54,331 bases of DNA. It comes from a virus (Duplodnaviria; Caudoviricetes). A model generated the notes under the pieces. That model did no database searches, had not been told where the DNA came from, and worked only from the letters and a program-made list of their open reading frames with translations. Both the position numbers and the translations under genes were made by a program. Positions 1 to 10,194 of this stretch are shown here, piece after piece. The stretch covers positions 1 through 54,331 of the IMG/VR virus record IMGVR_UViG_3300049137_000055; one strand, given 5' to 3'. Numbering within the stretch: position 1 is the stretch's first letter; the number at the start of each line of letters is the position of its first letter.

Positions 1-127
1 GAATGCTAATGGCGAACAGTCCACACCAACCCTTGAAGTTTACCGCGTCGCGCCTGTCGGTCGAATTGCGGAAGGACCGCCGGACGCTGGCGCGCATCCT
101 GGCCAACGTCACGCCGTGCGGCAAGGA
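1..127 (+). repeat. 127-bp terminal overlap, identical to 54205-54331 (assembly circularisation)
   Basis: Direct comparison of both ends; falls inside terS; length equals a common assembler k-mer. Confidence 0.95.
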
Positions 128-488
128 ATCCGGATGGGACGTCTATTGGATGGCGGACGTCATTAACGCCATGCTGGCGGAGGTCGCCAAGGCGAAGCCG
201 AACGCCACGGACGGTCTGGCGCAAGAACGCGCGATGGAGGCGAAGGAACGCCGGCTGAAACTGGCGCGCGAAAACGCCATCGCGAACGGCCAATTTGTGA
301 ACGTGGACGACGTCGGACGGTCCTATGAAAACCGGCTGACGAACGTTCGAACCCGCCTGATGGAGCTTCCCGGCAAATGCGCGCCATTGCTGGAAGGCGT
401 CACGTCCGGCGAAGCTGAAACACTGATAGCGGAGGAAATCGAGTCCGCGCTGAAGGAATTGTCAGGACGCCATGGACTCAACGCCTGA
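9..488 (+). CDS. terS: Terminase small subunit (lambda Nu1-like)
   Basis: N-terminal HTH-like segment, coiled coil KERRLKLARENAIANGQFV, overlaps terL; ATG at 9 is coupled (TAATG) to stop of ORF 53938-54213. Confidence 0.85.
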   Translation: MANSPHQPLKFTASRLSVELRKDRRTLARILANVTPCGKESGWDVYWMADVINAMLAEVAKAKPNATDGLAQERAMEAKERRLKLARENAIANGQFVNVDDVGRSYENRLTNVRTRLMELPGKCAPLLEGVTSGEAETLIAEEIESALKELSGRHGLNA

Positions 489-2577
489 AGCATTGGCCGC
501 GCTGGAAGCGCGCCTGAACGAAGCCGAAGCCCGCGCGCTGAAGCCGCCGCCGCGCCTGAACCTTGTCCAATGGGCGGACACCTATCGCCAGTTGGTCGGC
601 AAGTACACGGCTTCGCCGGGCGCGTGGAAGACGTCAAGCCAGCCGGTCACGTTCGGACCTATGCTGGCGGTCACGGAAATCGACACGACCGAATTGACCT
701 TCGTCGCCGCAACACAGGTTGCGAAAACCGAAATCCTGATGAACGCGGCGCTTTACTTCATCCATCAGGACCCGTCCGGAATTCTCTATGTCCTTCCCGA
801 CGACCAAACGGCGGAAGACTTTTCCAAGGAACGCTTCGCGCCGACCGTGGACGCCATGCCGGAGTTGGCCGCGCTGATCGCTCCAGCCAAGGGCCGGGAC
901 GGATTGAACACCGTCAGCCATAAGGAATATCCGGGCGGGTCCATCGACTTCGCCGGGTCTTACTCGCCAACCGGCGTCGCGTCCCGTCCAAAGCGCGTCG
1001 TCATCATGGACGAAATTGACAAGTTCGCGGCCAGCGCCGGGACGGAAGGACCGCCGCGCCTGCTGGCGGAAAAGCGCGCGTCCACCTGGAAGAAGCGCAA
1101 GAAACTCATTCGCGCGTGTTCGCCGACGATGAAGGAGACGTCGGACATTGCGGCATTGTACGAAGCCAGCGACCGGCGGCGCTGTTTCGTTATCTGTCCG
1201 CATTGCCACGACGCCGCGCCGATTACATGGGCGCGCATCAAATGGGAAAAGCTGTTACCGGACGGGACCATCACCTTCGACGTCCCGAAGGACGTCAAGG
1301 CAGTCGAACACTACCCGGACACGGCTTGCGTCATCTGCGAGGAATGCGGCGTCCCTTGGACCGAACGCGAACGCATCCTGGCGCTGAAGGCGCTGGAGCA
1401 TCAGCCGGACAAGGGCTGGCGTCAGACGCGTCCCTTCAAATGCCGGCCATGCGGCGACGAAGACGCCAAGGTCCCGTCCGCCTGGACGCCGGAGGGGCGG
1501 GCCATTTGCGAGGAATGCGAGACGCCGGCACCCTATCGCGGCCATGCCGGCTTCCATATCCCGCGCTTCCTGTCCATCCGCCACGACTTGTCCGAAATGG
1601 TCGAGTCCTTCCTGGACGCGAGGGGCGACCCTGGCAAAATGCAAATTTTCGTAAACACCGAACTGGCGGAAGTTTGGGAAGGGGCCGGCGAAGCGCTTCC
1701 GACCGCGACACTGGCCGCGCGCGCCGAAGCCTATGGACCCGACAGTCTTCCGCGCCGGGTCATGGTCCTGACCGCTGGCGTGGACGTCCAGGACAACCGC
1801 CTGGAATGTCAGGTCGTCGGATGGGGAACGAACGAAGAGTCCTGGCCGATTGCCTATCACATCGAACACGGCGACCCGTCACAGGGCGACGTCTGGCGGC
1901 GGCTGGACGACCGGCTGAAGGAAACCTATCAGACCGAAGACGGGCGGACGCTTCGGGTCCAGGCGGGTTGCGTGGACCTTGGCGGACACCATGCCGACGA
2001 AGTCTGGAAGTTCTGTCTTCCGCGCCTGAACCGCCGAATCTTCCCGACCATGGGACGGTCCGGACCGCTTCCGATTTGGAACCCGCGCCAGCAACGGTCC
2101 AAGTCTAACCGGCCTTATTGGGTCGTCGGCGTTGATAGCGCGAAGGATTCAATATATGGTCGCTTGAAACTTGACGTGAAAACCCAAGATGAACCGCAGC
2201 CCGGTTTCATCCATTTCACTCAAGGGGAGGGCTTCGGACCGGAATACTTCGACCAATTAACGTCGGAGGTCCCGCAGCTCAGAAGATCGAACGGAAGACC
2301 CTATCGCGTTTGGGTCCTTCGTCCGAAGAAGCGAAACGAAGCGCTGGATACCTTCGTTTATGCTTTGGCCGCGCGCCGCGCGCTTCCGCTCCGGATTGGG
2401 TCCGCCCGTCCGGCAGCGGAGGAAACGACAAGCCAGCCGGTCGCCGGGACCGTGAACCCGGCGGAACCCGTATCATCCGGGCTTGAAGGGGACGCGCGGA
2501 CTCCGTCGTCGCGACCCGTCAGGCCAGTCCAGGGGCGTCGCCGCGTGTCGCGGTCGTCTTACATGGGCGGCGGATGA
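472..2577 (+). CDS. terL: Terminase large subunit, lambda GpA family
   Basis: ATQVAKT Walker A variant, VIMDEID Walker B, CPHC Zn motif, LTAGVDVQ nuclease motif, RNEALD. Confidence 0.95.
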   Translation: MDSTPEALAALEARLNEAEARALKPPPRLNLVQWADTYRQLVGKYTASPGAWKTSSQPVTFGPMLAVTEIDTTELTFVAATQVAKTEILMNAALYFIHQDPSGILYVLPDDQTAEDFSKERFAPTVDAMPELAALIAPAKGRDGLNTVSHKEYPGGSIDFAGSYSPTGVASRPKRVVIMDEIDKFAASAGTEGPPRLLAEKRASTWKKRKKLIRACSPTMKETSDIAALYEASDRRRCFVICPHCHDAAPITWARIKWEKLLPDGTITFDVPKDVKAVEHYPDTACVICEECGVPWTERERILALKALEHQPDKGWRQTRPFKCRPCGDEDAKVPSAWTPEGRAICEECETPAPYRGHAGFHIPRFLSIRHDLSEMVESFLDARGDPGKMQIFVNTELAEVWEGAGEALPTATLAARAEAYGPDSLPRRVMVLTAGVDVQDNRLECQVVGWGTNEESWPIAYHIEHGDPSQGDVWRRLDDRLKETYQTEDGRTLRVQAGCVDLGGHHADEVWKFCLPRLNRRIFPTMGRSGPLPIWNPRQQRSKSNRPYWVVGVDSAKDSIYGRLKLDVKTQDEPQPGFIHFTQGEGFGPEYFDQLTSEVPQLRRSNGRPYRVWVLRPKKRNEALDTFVYALAARRALPLRIGSARPAAEETTSQPVAGTVNPAEPVSSGLEGDARTPSSRPVRPVQGRRRVSRSSYMGGG

Positions 2578-2586
2578 TGGGTTCTG

Positions 2587-2811
2587 ATGGCGCGCACACC
2601 GGCACAGATTCAAGCCGACATTGACAGCCTGACCGCCGCTCTAGCCAGCGGCGTGATGCGCGCGTCCTACAACGGCAAGTCCACCGAATTCCGGTCCTAT
2701 GAGGAAATGGACGCCATCATCGCGCGCCTGGAAGGCGAGCTGTTGAAGGCGTCCGGCCTTCGCCGCCGCCGGACCTTCTTCGCCATCAGCTCCGGCGACA
2801 AAGGACTCTAG
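2587..2811 (+). CDS. Head-tail joining protein (gpW-like)
   Basis: 74 aa between terL and portal; SYNGKSTEFRS motif. Confidence 0.85.
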   Translation: MARTPAQIQADIDSLTAALASGVMRASYNGKSTEFRSYEEMDAIIARLEGELLKASGLRRRRTFFAISSGDKGL

Positions 2812-2814
2812 GCC

Positions 2815-4410
2815 ATGGCAGCGTCCAACCCGCTTCGTTTCCTGTCCCGCCTGAACCCTTTCAAAGCGTCCATGAAGGCCGCGCCTGGCGCTTCCGGCTT
2901 TGAGGGCGGACGGTCACGCCGCCGCCTGTCGAACTGGCGTCCGTCGTCCGCGACAGTGAACGCGCTTCTGGCCGCGAACGGCGCTGTCCTTCTGGCGCGG
3001 GCGCGCGAGCTCGCGAGGAACAACGGCTATATCAAACAGGCTAAGCGGGTCTATGTGACGTCGCTTGTCGGGACCGGGATCAAGCCGAAGACGCTGGTCC
3101 AGGACCGCGCGACCCGCGACGCCATCCGCGACCTGTTCAACGATTGGGCGGAGGTCGCCGACGCTGACGGGCGGACGGACTTCTTCGGCCTTCAGGGCTT
3201 GGTTGCGGCGGAGCTGTTCGAAGCCGGCGAAGTCTTCGTCCGCTTCCGCCCGCGCCGCCTGGAAGACGGCTTGCCGGTTCCCTTCCAGGTCGAAGTCATC
3301 CAGGCGGAAATGTTGCCGCTGGACCATAACGGCCAAGCGGACAACGGGAACACAATCAAGAACGGCGTTGAATTCGACTTCCGGAATCAGCGCGTTGCTT
3401 ACTGGTTCTTGCGCGACCATCCGGGCGAAATCGTCGGCAACAACGGGCGCGCTGTCCCGAACAACGTCGAGAAGATCCGCGTCCCGGCGGAAGAAGTCAT
3501 CCATATCTTCGAGTCGGAATATGCCGGTCAGGTTCGCGGCGTCAGCATGGTCGCCGCCGCCATCGTCAAGGCGTGGCTTCTGGATCACTATGACGACGCG
3601 GAATTGGACCGCAAGAAGACCGCCGCCATGTTCGCGGGCTTCATCACGTCCAAGACGCCGGACGCCATGTTCGCCGACGTGGAGGACATCGCGGGAAGCT
3701 ACACGGAAGAGGGCGACCCGGTCAGCTATGGCCAGAACGCGGGCGAAGGTGACGGGAACTTGGTCCTGGAACCTGGCATCCTTCAAAGCCTGCTACCCGG
3801 CGAGGAAATCACCTTCAGCCAACCGGCGGACGTCGGCGGGACTTATGACGTCTTTCAGACCCGCGTCCTGTTCCACATTTGCGCCGCCATGGGTCTTCCC
3901 TACGCGGAAGTAACCGGCGACATGCGCGGGTCCAATTACAGCCGCAGCCGTCAGGCCATGGTCCAGTTCCGCCGTCAGGTCGAAGTCAGCCAGTGGCGAA
4001 CCTTCATCCCGCAATTTTGCCGCGCCGTTTGGGTCCGCTTCATCACGGACGCCGTCCTGTTCGGCGCGCTGGACCTTCCGGAATTCGCGCGCAACCCGCG
4101 CCCGTTCCTTCGCGTCCGCCACATCACGCCAGCATGGCCATGGGTTGACCCGCTGAAGGACCGGCAGGCGGAGAAGTTGGCCGTCGAAAGCCTGTTTAAG
4201 CCACATTCCGACGTCGTTGAAGCCGAAGGTTATGACGCGGAAGAGGTTTATGAGCGCATCGCGGCGGACAAGAAACTACTGGAGTCTCTTGGGCTGGCTT
4301 ACCCGGTTGCCGCGAAGCCCGCTGCCGCTCCGGCCAGCCCGGCGGAGGAACCCGCCGAAGATGAAGACGACGCCGAAGACGGCGACGACCAACAGAGGAA
4401 AACCGCATGA
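2815..4410 (+). CDS. Portal protein, lambda family
   Basis: RARELARNN, GQVRGVS, NYSRSR, WVDPLKD motifs; position. Confidence 0.95.
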   Translation: MAASNPLRFLSRLNPFKASMKAAPGASGFEGGRSRRRLSNWRPSSATVNALLAANGAVLLARARELARNNGYIKQAKRVYVTSLVGTGIKPKTLVQDRATRDAIRDLFNDWAEVADADGRTDFFGLQGLVAAELFEAGEVFVRFRPRRLEDGLPVPFQVEVIQAEMLPLDHNGQADNGNTIKNGVEFDFRNQRVAYWFLRDHPGEIVGNNGRAVPNNVEKIRVPAEEVIHIFESEYAGQVRGVSMVAAAIVKAWLLDHYDDAELDRKKTAAMFAGFITSKTPDAMFADVEDIAGSYTEEGDPVSYGQNAGEGDGNLVLEPGILQSLLPGEEITFSQPADVGGTYDVFQTRVLFHICAAMGLPYAEVTGDMRGSNYSRSRQAMVQFRRQVEVSQWRTFIPQFCRAVWVRFITDAVLFGALDLPEFARNPRPFLRVRHITPAWPWVDPLKDRQAEKLAVESLFKPHSDVVEAEGYDAEEVYERIAADKKLLESLGLAYPVAAKPAAAPASPAEEPAEDEDDAEDGDDQQRKTA

Positions 4411-5597
4411 ACAGCGCGAAATCGTTCCGCGAAACAGCCGCCGTCCTTGTGATGGCGGCTTCTCCCGTTAAGGCGCTTTGTCACACGCGCCCATGGTTCA
4501 AGATGGAAGCGTCTGGCGACGACCGGGCGGAAATCACGATTTATGACACCATCGGCTACGATTGGTGGAATGACAGCGGCGTGACGGCAAAGGACTTTGA
4601 CCGCGAGCTGAAGGCGCTTGGCGACGTCAAGGAAATCCTTCTCCGGATCAATTCGCCCGGCGGCGTGGTCTATGAAGGGCAGGCGATTTACAACCTTCTT
4701 CTGAACCATCCCGCCAAGGTCATCGCCCGCGTCGATGGCTTGTCCGCCAGCGCGGCCAGCCTTGTGATGATGGCGGCGGACGAAATCGAGATCCCGGAAA
4801 ACGCCTTCGTCCTGATCCATGAGCCGTCCGGCGTTTGCATGGGAATGGCGGACGACATGGAAGCGGTCGCCGCCGACCTTCGCCGGATGACCGACCTTTT
4901 CGCCACCATTTACGCCAAGCGGACCGGCATGTCGGAAGACGACGTCCGCGCGCTGATGAAGGAAGACCGCCTGATGACGGGCGCGGAAGCCGTGGACCTT
5001 GGCTTCGGCGACCGCATGTTGGAAGCGCAAAAGATGGCCGCTTGTTTCGACCAATCGGCACTGATGGCGCTGTCCGACAGCGTCCGCGCCAAGGTCGAAG
5101 AGGCTATGGAAATCGAGGCGGACGACGCTGGCACGAAGCCGGGCGACGACGCCGACGACGCGGCTGGCGACGACGCTGGCGGCGATGACGAAGGCAGGGA
5201 AGGCGATGACACTGGCGACGACGCCAATGACGTCCAGGACCCGCCGAACGACCCGGCAACCAAACCCAATGACCCGGCTTCAACGACCAACGTCGTGAAG
5301 CTGTCGGACGTCAAGGCGGCGAAGACGCCTGAAGATGCGCTTGGCTACGCGCAACAGGTCATAGACCTGTGCACGATGGCCAAGAAGCCCGAACTTGCAG
5401 GCGGTTATATCACCGCGCGCAAGACCATCCCGGAAGTTCAAAAGGCGCTGGCTGATGCGCGCGCCGACGCGGACCGGGATTCCACCATCGACAAGAACCG
5501 CCAAGCGCCGACCGGACGCGGGACGAAGCCGTCAGGCTCTTCGTCTTGGGACAAGGTTATCGCGAAGCGGTTCCCGAAACAGGTCACGAAAGGTTAA
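4407..5597 (+). CDS. ClpP-type head maturation protease with acidic linker and C-terminal scaffold-like domain
   Basis: RINSPGG, DGLSASAAS, LIHEP motifs; D/G-rich linker. Confidence 0.9.
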   Translation: MNSAKSFRETAAVLVMAASPVKALCHTRPWFKMEASGDDRAEITIYDTIGYDWWNDSGVTAKDFDRELKALGDVKEILLRINSPGGVVYEGQAIYNLLLNHPAKVIARVDGLSASAASLVMMAADEIEIPENAFVLIHEPSGVCMGMADDMEAVAADLRRMTDLFATIYAKRTGMSEDDVRALMKEDRLMTGAEAVDLGFGDRMLEAQKMAACFDQSALMALSDSVRAKVEEAMEIEADDAGTKPGDDADDAAGDDAGGDDEGREGDDTGDDANDVQDPPNDPATKPNDPASTTNVVKLSDVKAAKTPEDALGYAQQVIDLCTMAKKPELAGGYITARKTIPEVQKALADARADADRDSTIDKNRQAPTGRGTKPSGSSSWDKVIAKRFPKQVTKG

Positions 5598-5600
5598 GTC

Positions 5601-5960
5601 ATGGCCACTGTTCTTACTTCTGGAAAAGGTCCGCTGGACTTCGTTCTGTCCGAAGCCAACGGCAAGCGTTCCCGCGACAACGTTGTCATTCCCGCCGGCA
5701 ACGGCATCCTTCAGCCCGGAACCGTTCTGGCAGCGTCCGGCGCTAATCACGTCCCGCTGACCGCCGCCGCTGGCGCTGGCGCGGTCGCTATCCTTGGCTA
5801 TCGCGTGGACACGACCGGCGCTGGCGCTGTTCGCGCCGCCGCCATTACCCGCGACGCGGAAGTCAACCGTCACCAACTCGTTTGGCCGGCTGGCATCACC
5901 GCGCCCGAACAAACCGCCGCCATCAACGCGCTGGCCGCAAAAGGAATCATGGTCCGCTAA
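5601..5960 (+). CDS. Head decoration protein (gpD-like)
   Basis: FVLSEANGKRSRD, PGTVL, RDAEV motifs; between protease and capsid. Confidence 0.85.
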   Translation: MATVLTSGKGPLDFVLSEANGKRSRDNVVIPAGNGILQPGTVLAASGANHVPLTAAAGAGAVAILGYRVDTTGAGAVRAAAITRDAEVNRHQLVWPAGITAPEQTAAINALAAKGIMVR

Positions 5961-6021
5961 TCCAGCGGGCCTTTCGTCAGTCATAGGGCTGAAGCCCGAA
6001 GCACAGAAGGAAGTCTAGGCA

Positions 6022-7038
6022 ATGCCTACCCTTGATATTTTCAACGACGACGCCTTCAGCGTGGTCAGCATGTCCGAAGCCATCAACAACGTCCCGGCTG
6101 TTCCGGGTCGGCTTGGTCAGATGGGCTTGTTCTCCGAACGTGGGATCACGACGACCCATGTGTCCATCGAAAGCCGCAACGGCGTTCTGGTCCTGATCCC
6201 GCCGACGCCGCGCGGCGGTCCTGGCGTGACCATCCCGAAAGGGAACCGGAACCTTCGTTTGATCGGCGTTCCACACTTCGAAGTGGACGACGCCGTCATG
6301 GCTGACGAGGTCCAGAACATCCGCGCCTTCGGGTCGGAGTCGGAGCTGGAAACGGTCCAGGGAATGGTTGTGGACCGCATGGCGGAGCATACCGCCAACT
6401 TCGACGCCACGATGGAACATGGACGCGTCGGCGCGGTCAAGGGCGTCGTGACCTACGCGGACGGAACGACGCTGAATCTGTTCGACCAATTCGGCGTCAC
6501 TCAGGAAGCCGAAGTGGACTTCAACCTGGACGCCGCCAGCCCGGCACCCGGCGCGCTTCGTACTGCCATTTGGGACGTCGTCGCTCTGATCCGGCGCAAC
6601 CTGAACGGCGCATATATGACCCGCGTCCATGCGCTGGTCGGCGATGCGTTCTGGCGCGGTCTTATCAACCATCCGGAGGTCGAGAAGCTTTTTATCAACA
6701 AGCTCGGCGCACAGTCCTTGCTTGGCGATATGTCTGTCGGCAACGGCCAGACGTTCGACTATGCAGGCGTGACCTTCGAGAACTACGCGGGCGAAGTCGC
6801 CGGCCAGCCGTTCATTGCGACGGACGCGGCTCACTTCTTCCCGGTCGGCGTCAATGGTCTGTTCCGGACGGTCTTCGCTCCGGCGGACTACATGGAAACG
6901 GTCAACACCATGGGTCAACGGCTCTACGCCAAACAGTGGCGGATGCACAATGACAAGGGCGTGGAGATTGAAATGCAAACCAACGTCCTGTCGTACTGCA
7001 CCCGCCCGAAGGCGCTGATTAAGGGCCGTAGGACCTAA
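6022..7038 (+). CDS. Major capsid protein (lambda gpE family)
   Basis: DIFNDDAFS, RAFGSE, FAPADYMETVNT, CTRP motifs. Confidence 0.93.
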   Translation: MPTLDIFNDDAFSVVSMSEAINNVPAVPGRLGQMGLFSERGITTTHVSIESRNGVLVLIPPTPRGGPGVTIPKGNRNLRLIGVPHFEVDDAVMADEVQNIRAFGSESELETVQGMVVDRMAEHTANFDATMEHGRVGAVKGVVTYADGTTLNLFDQFGVTQEAEVDFNLDAASPAPGALRTAIWDVVALIRRNLNGAYMTRVHALVGDAFWRGLINHPEVEKLFINKLGAQSLLGDMSVGNGQTFDYAGVTFENYAGEVAGQPFIATDAAHFFPVGVNGLFRTVFAPADYMETVNTMGQRLYAKQWRMHNDKGVEIEMQTNVLSYCTRPKALIKGRRT

Positions 7039-7071
7039 ACCGTTTAAACGCATGACGAAGGGACGACCGCA

Positions 7072-7413
7072 ATGGCCGTAGACTTTGATTCATTGGTCCT
7101 TGGACCGTGCCAACAGGTCTTCGGCGTGGCGGTCGTCCTCATTGAAAGCGCCGCCGTTCCGGTTCTTCTGGCGGACGGGACGCCTAAACAGCCGTTCGGG
7201 ATCTTCACGGACGAACCCGTCATCGTGGACACCGGGACCGGCATTCCGCACAGCACGACCCAGCCGACCCTTGGCCTTCGTCGCGCGGACTGGATTGTCC
7301 TTCCGCGCGTGGACGACGTCATCCAGGTCCGGGGCAAGAACTACGAAATCGCCGACACGCAGCCGGACGCCGAAGGGGACGTCAAGCTGATCCTGAAGGA
7401 ACCTGTCCTTTGA
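7072..7413 (+). CDS. Head-tail joining/closure protein (FII-like)
   Basis: Position after capsid; C-terminal IQVRGKNYEI...PDAEG..KLIL pattern. Confidence 0.7.
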   Translation: MAVDFDSLVLGPCQQVFGVAVVLIESAAVPVLLADGTPKQPFGIFTDEPVIVDTGTGIPHSTTQPTLGLRRADWIVLPRVDDVIQVRGKNYEIADTQPDAEGDVKLILKEPVL

Positions 7414-7943
7414 CCGTCTACACGGACGAAATCATCACGAAGACCGCTGAACGGCTCCGGACCCTGTTAGTCCCGACGCCGTTCAAAAGCGTTTATGGCG
7501 TCCGCACCTATCCGACCAAGGACGATATGTTGCCTTGCGCGACCGTGGCGCTTGGCCGGGACCGCATGGACGCGGACGGCGACGACAACGCGGGCGAACC
7601 GTCCTTCAAGCATCGGACGACCATCAACGTGTCGGCGTTGTGTTCGGCGGAGTCTCAATTCTTTCTGACTGGCCGATTGAACGCGGCGAAGAACGCCATT
7701 CTGGCGGCGCTGTTGAGCGACCCGGAATGGCTGTCGCTGGTCGAAGCCGTGTCATCCATCGACGTTTCCATGGTCTATCCGAATGAAAGCGGCACCGTTT
7801 TTGCCGAAGCCCGGATCGCCTTGGAAGTGACCTTCCGGACCGATTGGCCGCCCGTCGTTCCGGACGACTTCCTGGACGCCTTCGTCACGGAAGAAGAGGG
7901 CGGAAACACTTCGCAACACATCAACATGAGGACAATCCCATGA
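7410..7943 (+). CDS. Tail terminator/completion protein
   Basis: Position before sheath; LPCATV motif; size. Confidence 0.6.
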   Translation: MTVYTDEIITKTAERLRTLLVPTPFKSVYGVRTYPTKDDMLPCATVALGRDRMDADGDDNAGEPSFKHRTTINVSALCSAESQFFLTGRLNAAKNAILAALLSDPEWLSLVEAVSSIDVSMVYPNESGTVFAEARIALEVTFRTDWPPVVPDDFLDAFVTEEEGGNTSQHINMRTIP

Positions 7944-8170
7944 AGGACGAAGAGTTCATGGAAGTCGTCCCGTTCCGAAAGGGTCTGAAGGTCACAGACC
8001 CGGTCGATGGAACGGACGTTCCCGATGAAGGGAAAAAGGTTCCGGTCAATTCCTTCTGGCTTCGCCGCCTGAAGGACAAGGACGTGAAGCTGAAGTCCGG
8101 CGTGGAAGAACCCGCCATCATGAAAGCCGACGACGCCACGGACGCCGACGCGTCCACCAAGCGCCGTTAA
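7940..8170 (+). CDS. DUF2635 / Mu gp38-like small tail protein
   Basis: VTDP..G..VP.EG..VP.NSFWLRRLKDKDV motif; ATGA overlap. Confidence 0.85.
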   Translation: MKDEEFMEVVPFRKGLKVTDPVDGTDVPDEGKKVPVNSFWLRRLKDKDVKLKSGVEEPAIMKADDATDADASTKRR

Positions 8171-8200
8171 TCGCAGCCGCACGGCGGAGGATTTAAAGCT

Positions 8201-9730
8201 ATGCCTATTTCGTTCAACCAAATCCCGGCAGGATGGCGCGTTCCGCTCTACTATGTCGAAGTGGACCCGTCGAAGGCGGGAATGTTGGTTCTGGATCAGC
8301 CCGCGCTTCTGGTCGGTCAAATGTTCGCGCCGTCCGCGTCCATCGTCGGCGTCCCGAACATTCCTGTTGCGGTCGCGTCGGAAGCACAGGCCATCCGGAT
8401 CGCCGGTCGCGGGTCCATGCTCCATCGCATGGTCGTTGCCTTCCTGGCGAACAACATGGCGCAGGAACTTTGGGCCATGCCGGTTCTGGAGCCAGCCGCC
8501 GGCGTCGCGGCTACGGGAACCTTCACCTTCACCGGGACGGCGACACAGGCCGGAATCGTGTCGCTCTACATCGCCGGTCAGCGTGTCCAGGTCGGCATTG
8601 CCAGCGGCGACGCGGCAAGCGCCGCCGCGACCAAAGCGGCGACCGCCATCAATGCGAACACGGACCTTCCTGTGACCGCCGCCGCCGCCGCTGGCGTCGT
8701 GACGCTGACGGTTCGCTGGAAGGGCGCGACCGGCAACGACATCCGCTTGGCGCATTCCTTCGGCGGCGCGCGGGCGGGCGAAGCCATTCCGCCCGGACTG
8801 GCCGTCGCAGTCGCGCAACCGTCCGGCGGCGTGGGTTCTCCGGACCTGTCCAGCGCTATCGCGAACTTGGGCGATGAACCCTATGAATATGTCGCCTTCC
8901 CGTTCGCGGACAGCGTCAGCCTCGGGGCGATTGAAACCGAATATGGCTTCAGCGACGCCGGGCGTTGGGGCTGGATGCGTCAGCTTTATGGCCATGTTTT
9001 TTCGGCGGAGCGCGGGACCTACTCCGGCCTTCTGACCGCTGGCGCGTCGCGCAATTCCGGCGTGACGTCCATCATGGCCACGGAAGCGACCGTCCAGTCG
9101 CCGACGTGGGAAGTCGCCGCCGCCTATACGGCGCAAGCCGCGCGGGCCTTGCTGAATGACCCGGCGCGTCCGCTCCAGACGCTTCCGCTTCGCGGCGTCG
9201 TCGCCGCGCCGAAGGAAGACCGCTTCACGCTGATGGAGCGGAACGCGCTGGCCAATGGCGGCTTCGCCATCCAGTCCGTTCAGAAGGACGGAACCATGAT
9301 GGTTGAACGGGAAGGGACGACCTACCTGTCCAACTCTTACGGCCAGCCGGACGACGCCTTGTCGCTGGTCACGACGCTGGCGACCCTGTCCCGCCTCTTC
9401 CGCCGTCAGAAACAGGCGATTACTTCCAAGTATGCGCGCCACAAGCTGGCCAACGACGGGACCCGCTTCGGACCCGGTCAGGCCATCGTGACTCCCAACA
9501 TCATCCGGGCGGAGCTCGTGGCGGAATACCGCGCCGCCGAATATGACGGACTGGTGGAGGACGTGGACAACTTCAAGCGGAACCTGATCGTTGAGCGCGA
9601 CGCGAACGACACGAACCGGATTAACGTCCAATGGCCACCGGACTTAATCAATCAGCTTCGAATCTTCGCCGTCCTGGCTCAATTTAGATTGCAGTTCAGC
9701 CGCGAAGAGGTCGCGACAAGCGGCGCTTAA
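8201..9730 (+). CDS. Tail sheath protein (Mu gpL-like)
   Basis: ISFNQIP..WRVPLYYVEVD, DPARPLQTL, PPDLINQLRIFA. Confidence 0.95.
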   Translation: MPISFNQIPAGWRVPLYYVEVDPSKAGMLVLDQPALLVGQMFAPSASIVGVPNIPVAVASEAQAIRIAGRGSMLHRMVVAFLANNMAQELWAMPVLEPAAGVAATGTFTFTGTATQAGIVSLYIAGQRVQVGIASGDAASAAATKAATAINANTDLPVTAAAAAGVVTLTVRWKGATGNDIRLAHSFGGARAGEAIPPGLAVAVAQPSGGVGSPDLSSAIANLGDEPYEYVAFPFADSVSLGAIETEYGFSDAGRWGWMRQLYGHVFSAERGTYSGLLTAGASRNSGVTSIMATEATVQSPTWEVAAAYTAQAARALLNDPARPLQTLPLRGVVAAPKEDRFTLMERNALANGGFAIQSVQKDGTMMVEREGTTYLSNSYGQPDDALSLVTTLATLSRLFRRQKQAITSKYARHKLANDGTRFGPGQAIVTPNIIRAELVAEYRAAEYDGLVEDVDNFKRNLIVERDANDTNRINVQWPPDLINQLRIFAVLAQFRLQFSREEVATSGA

Positions 9731-9751
9731 CCCGACCCAACTGACAACGAC

Positions 9752-9783
9752 GACCCGGCGAAGTCCCGCCGGGTCCTTCTCTT
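9752..9783 (+). terminator. Hairpin after sheath gene (weak terminator or stabiliser)
   Basis: GACCCGGCG/CGCCGGGTC stem followed by CTTCTCTT. Confidence 0.5.
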
Positions 9784-9804
9784 AACTGACGAAAGGACTC
9801 CCAC

Positions 9805-10164
9805 ATGGGAAAGCGCATCGCCGGAATTGCCTATCTGAAGGTTGACGGTCGCCAGTATCCGTTGAAAGGCGACTTCACGGTCAGCCCGTCCCGCTTCACG
9901 CGCGAAGGGATCGCCGGACAGGACCGCGTCCACGGCTTTAAGGAACTTCCTCGGGTTCCATTCATCGAAGGCGCAATTTCAACGACCGATGAAGTGTCAA
10001 CAGAGACGCTTGATGGTATCACGGACGCCACGGTCACGGCGGAGCTGGCTAACGGGAAGGTCTATGTCCTGACCAAAGCCTGGACCGTGTCTGGCTTCGA
10101 AATCGACACAGCGGAAGGTCAATTCCCTGTCCGGTTCGAAGGCGAGACCTGCGAGGAAATCTAA
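9805..10164 (+). CDS. Tail tube protein (Mu gpM-like)
   Basis: RIAGIAYLKVDG, HGFKELP..PFIE, AELANGKVYVL. Confidence 0.92.
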   Translation: MGKRIAGIAYLKVDGRQYPLKGDFTVSPSRFTREGIAGQDRVHGFKELPRVPFIEGAISTTDEVSTETLDGITDATVTAELANGKVYVLTKAWTVSGFEIDTAEGQFPVRFEGETCEEI

Positions 10165-10194
10165 ACGTCACTCTAACCGGAAACATTCAATCCC

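Noticed and set aside
7775-9631. Long antisense ORFs (also 33599-34969, 13758-14864, 5977-7053)
   Set aside because: Shadows of real genes in GC-rich DNA; no RBS or recognisable motifs
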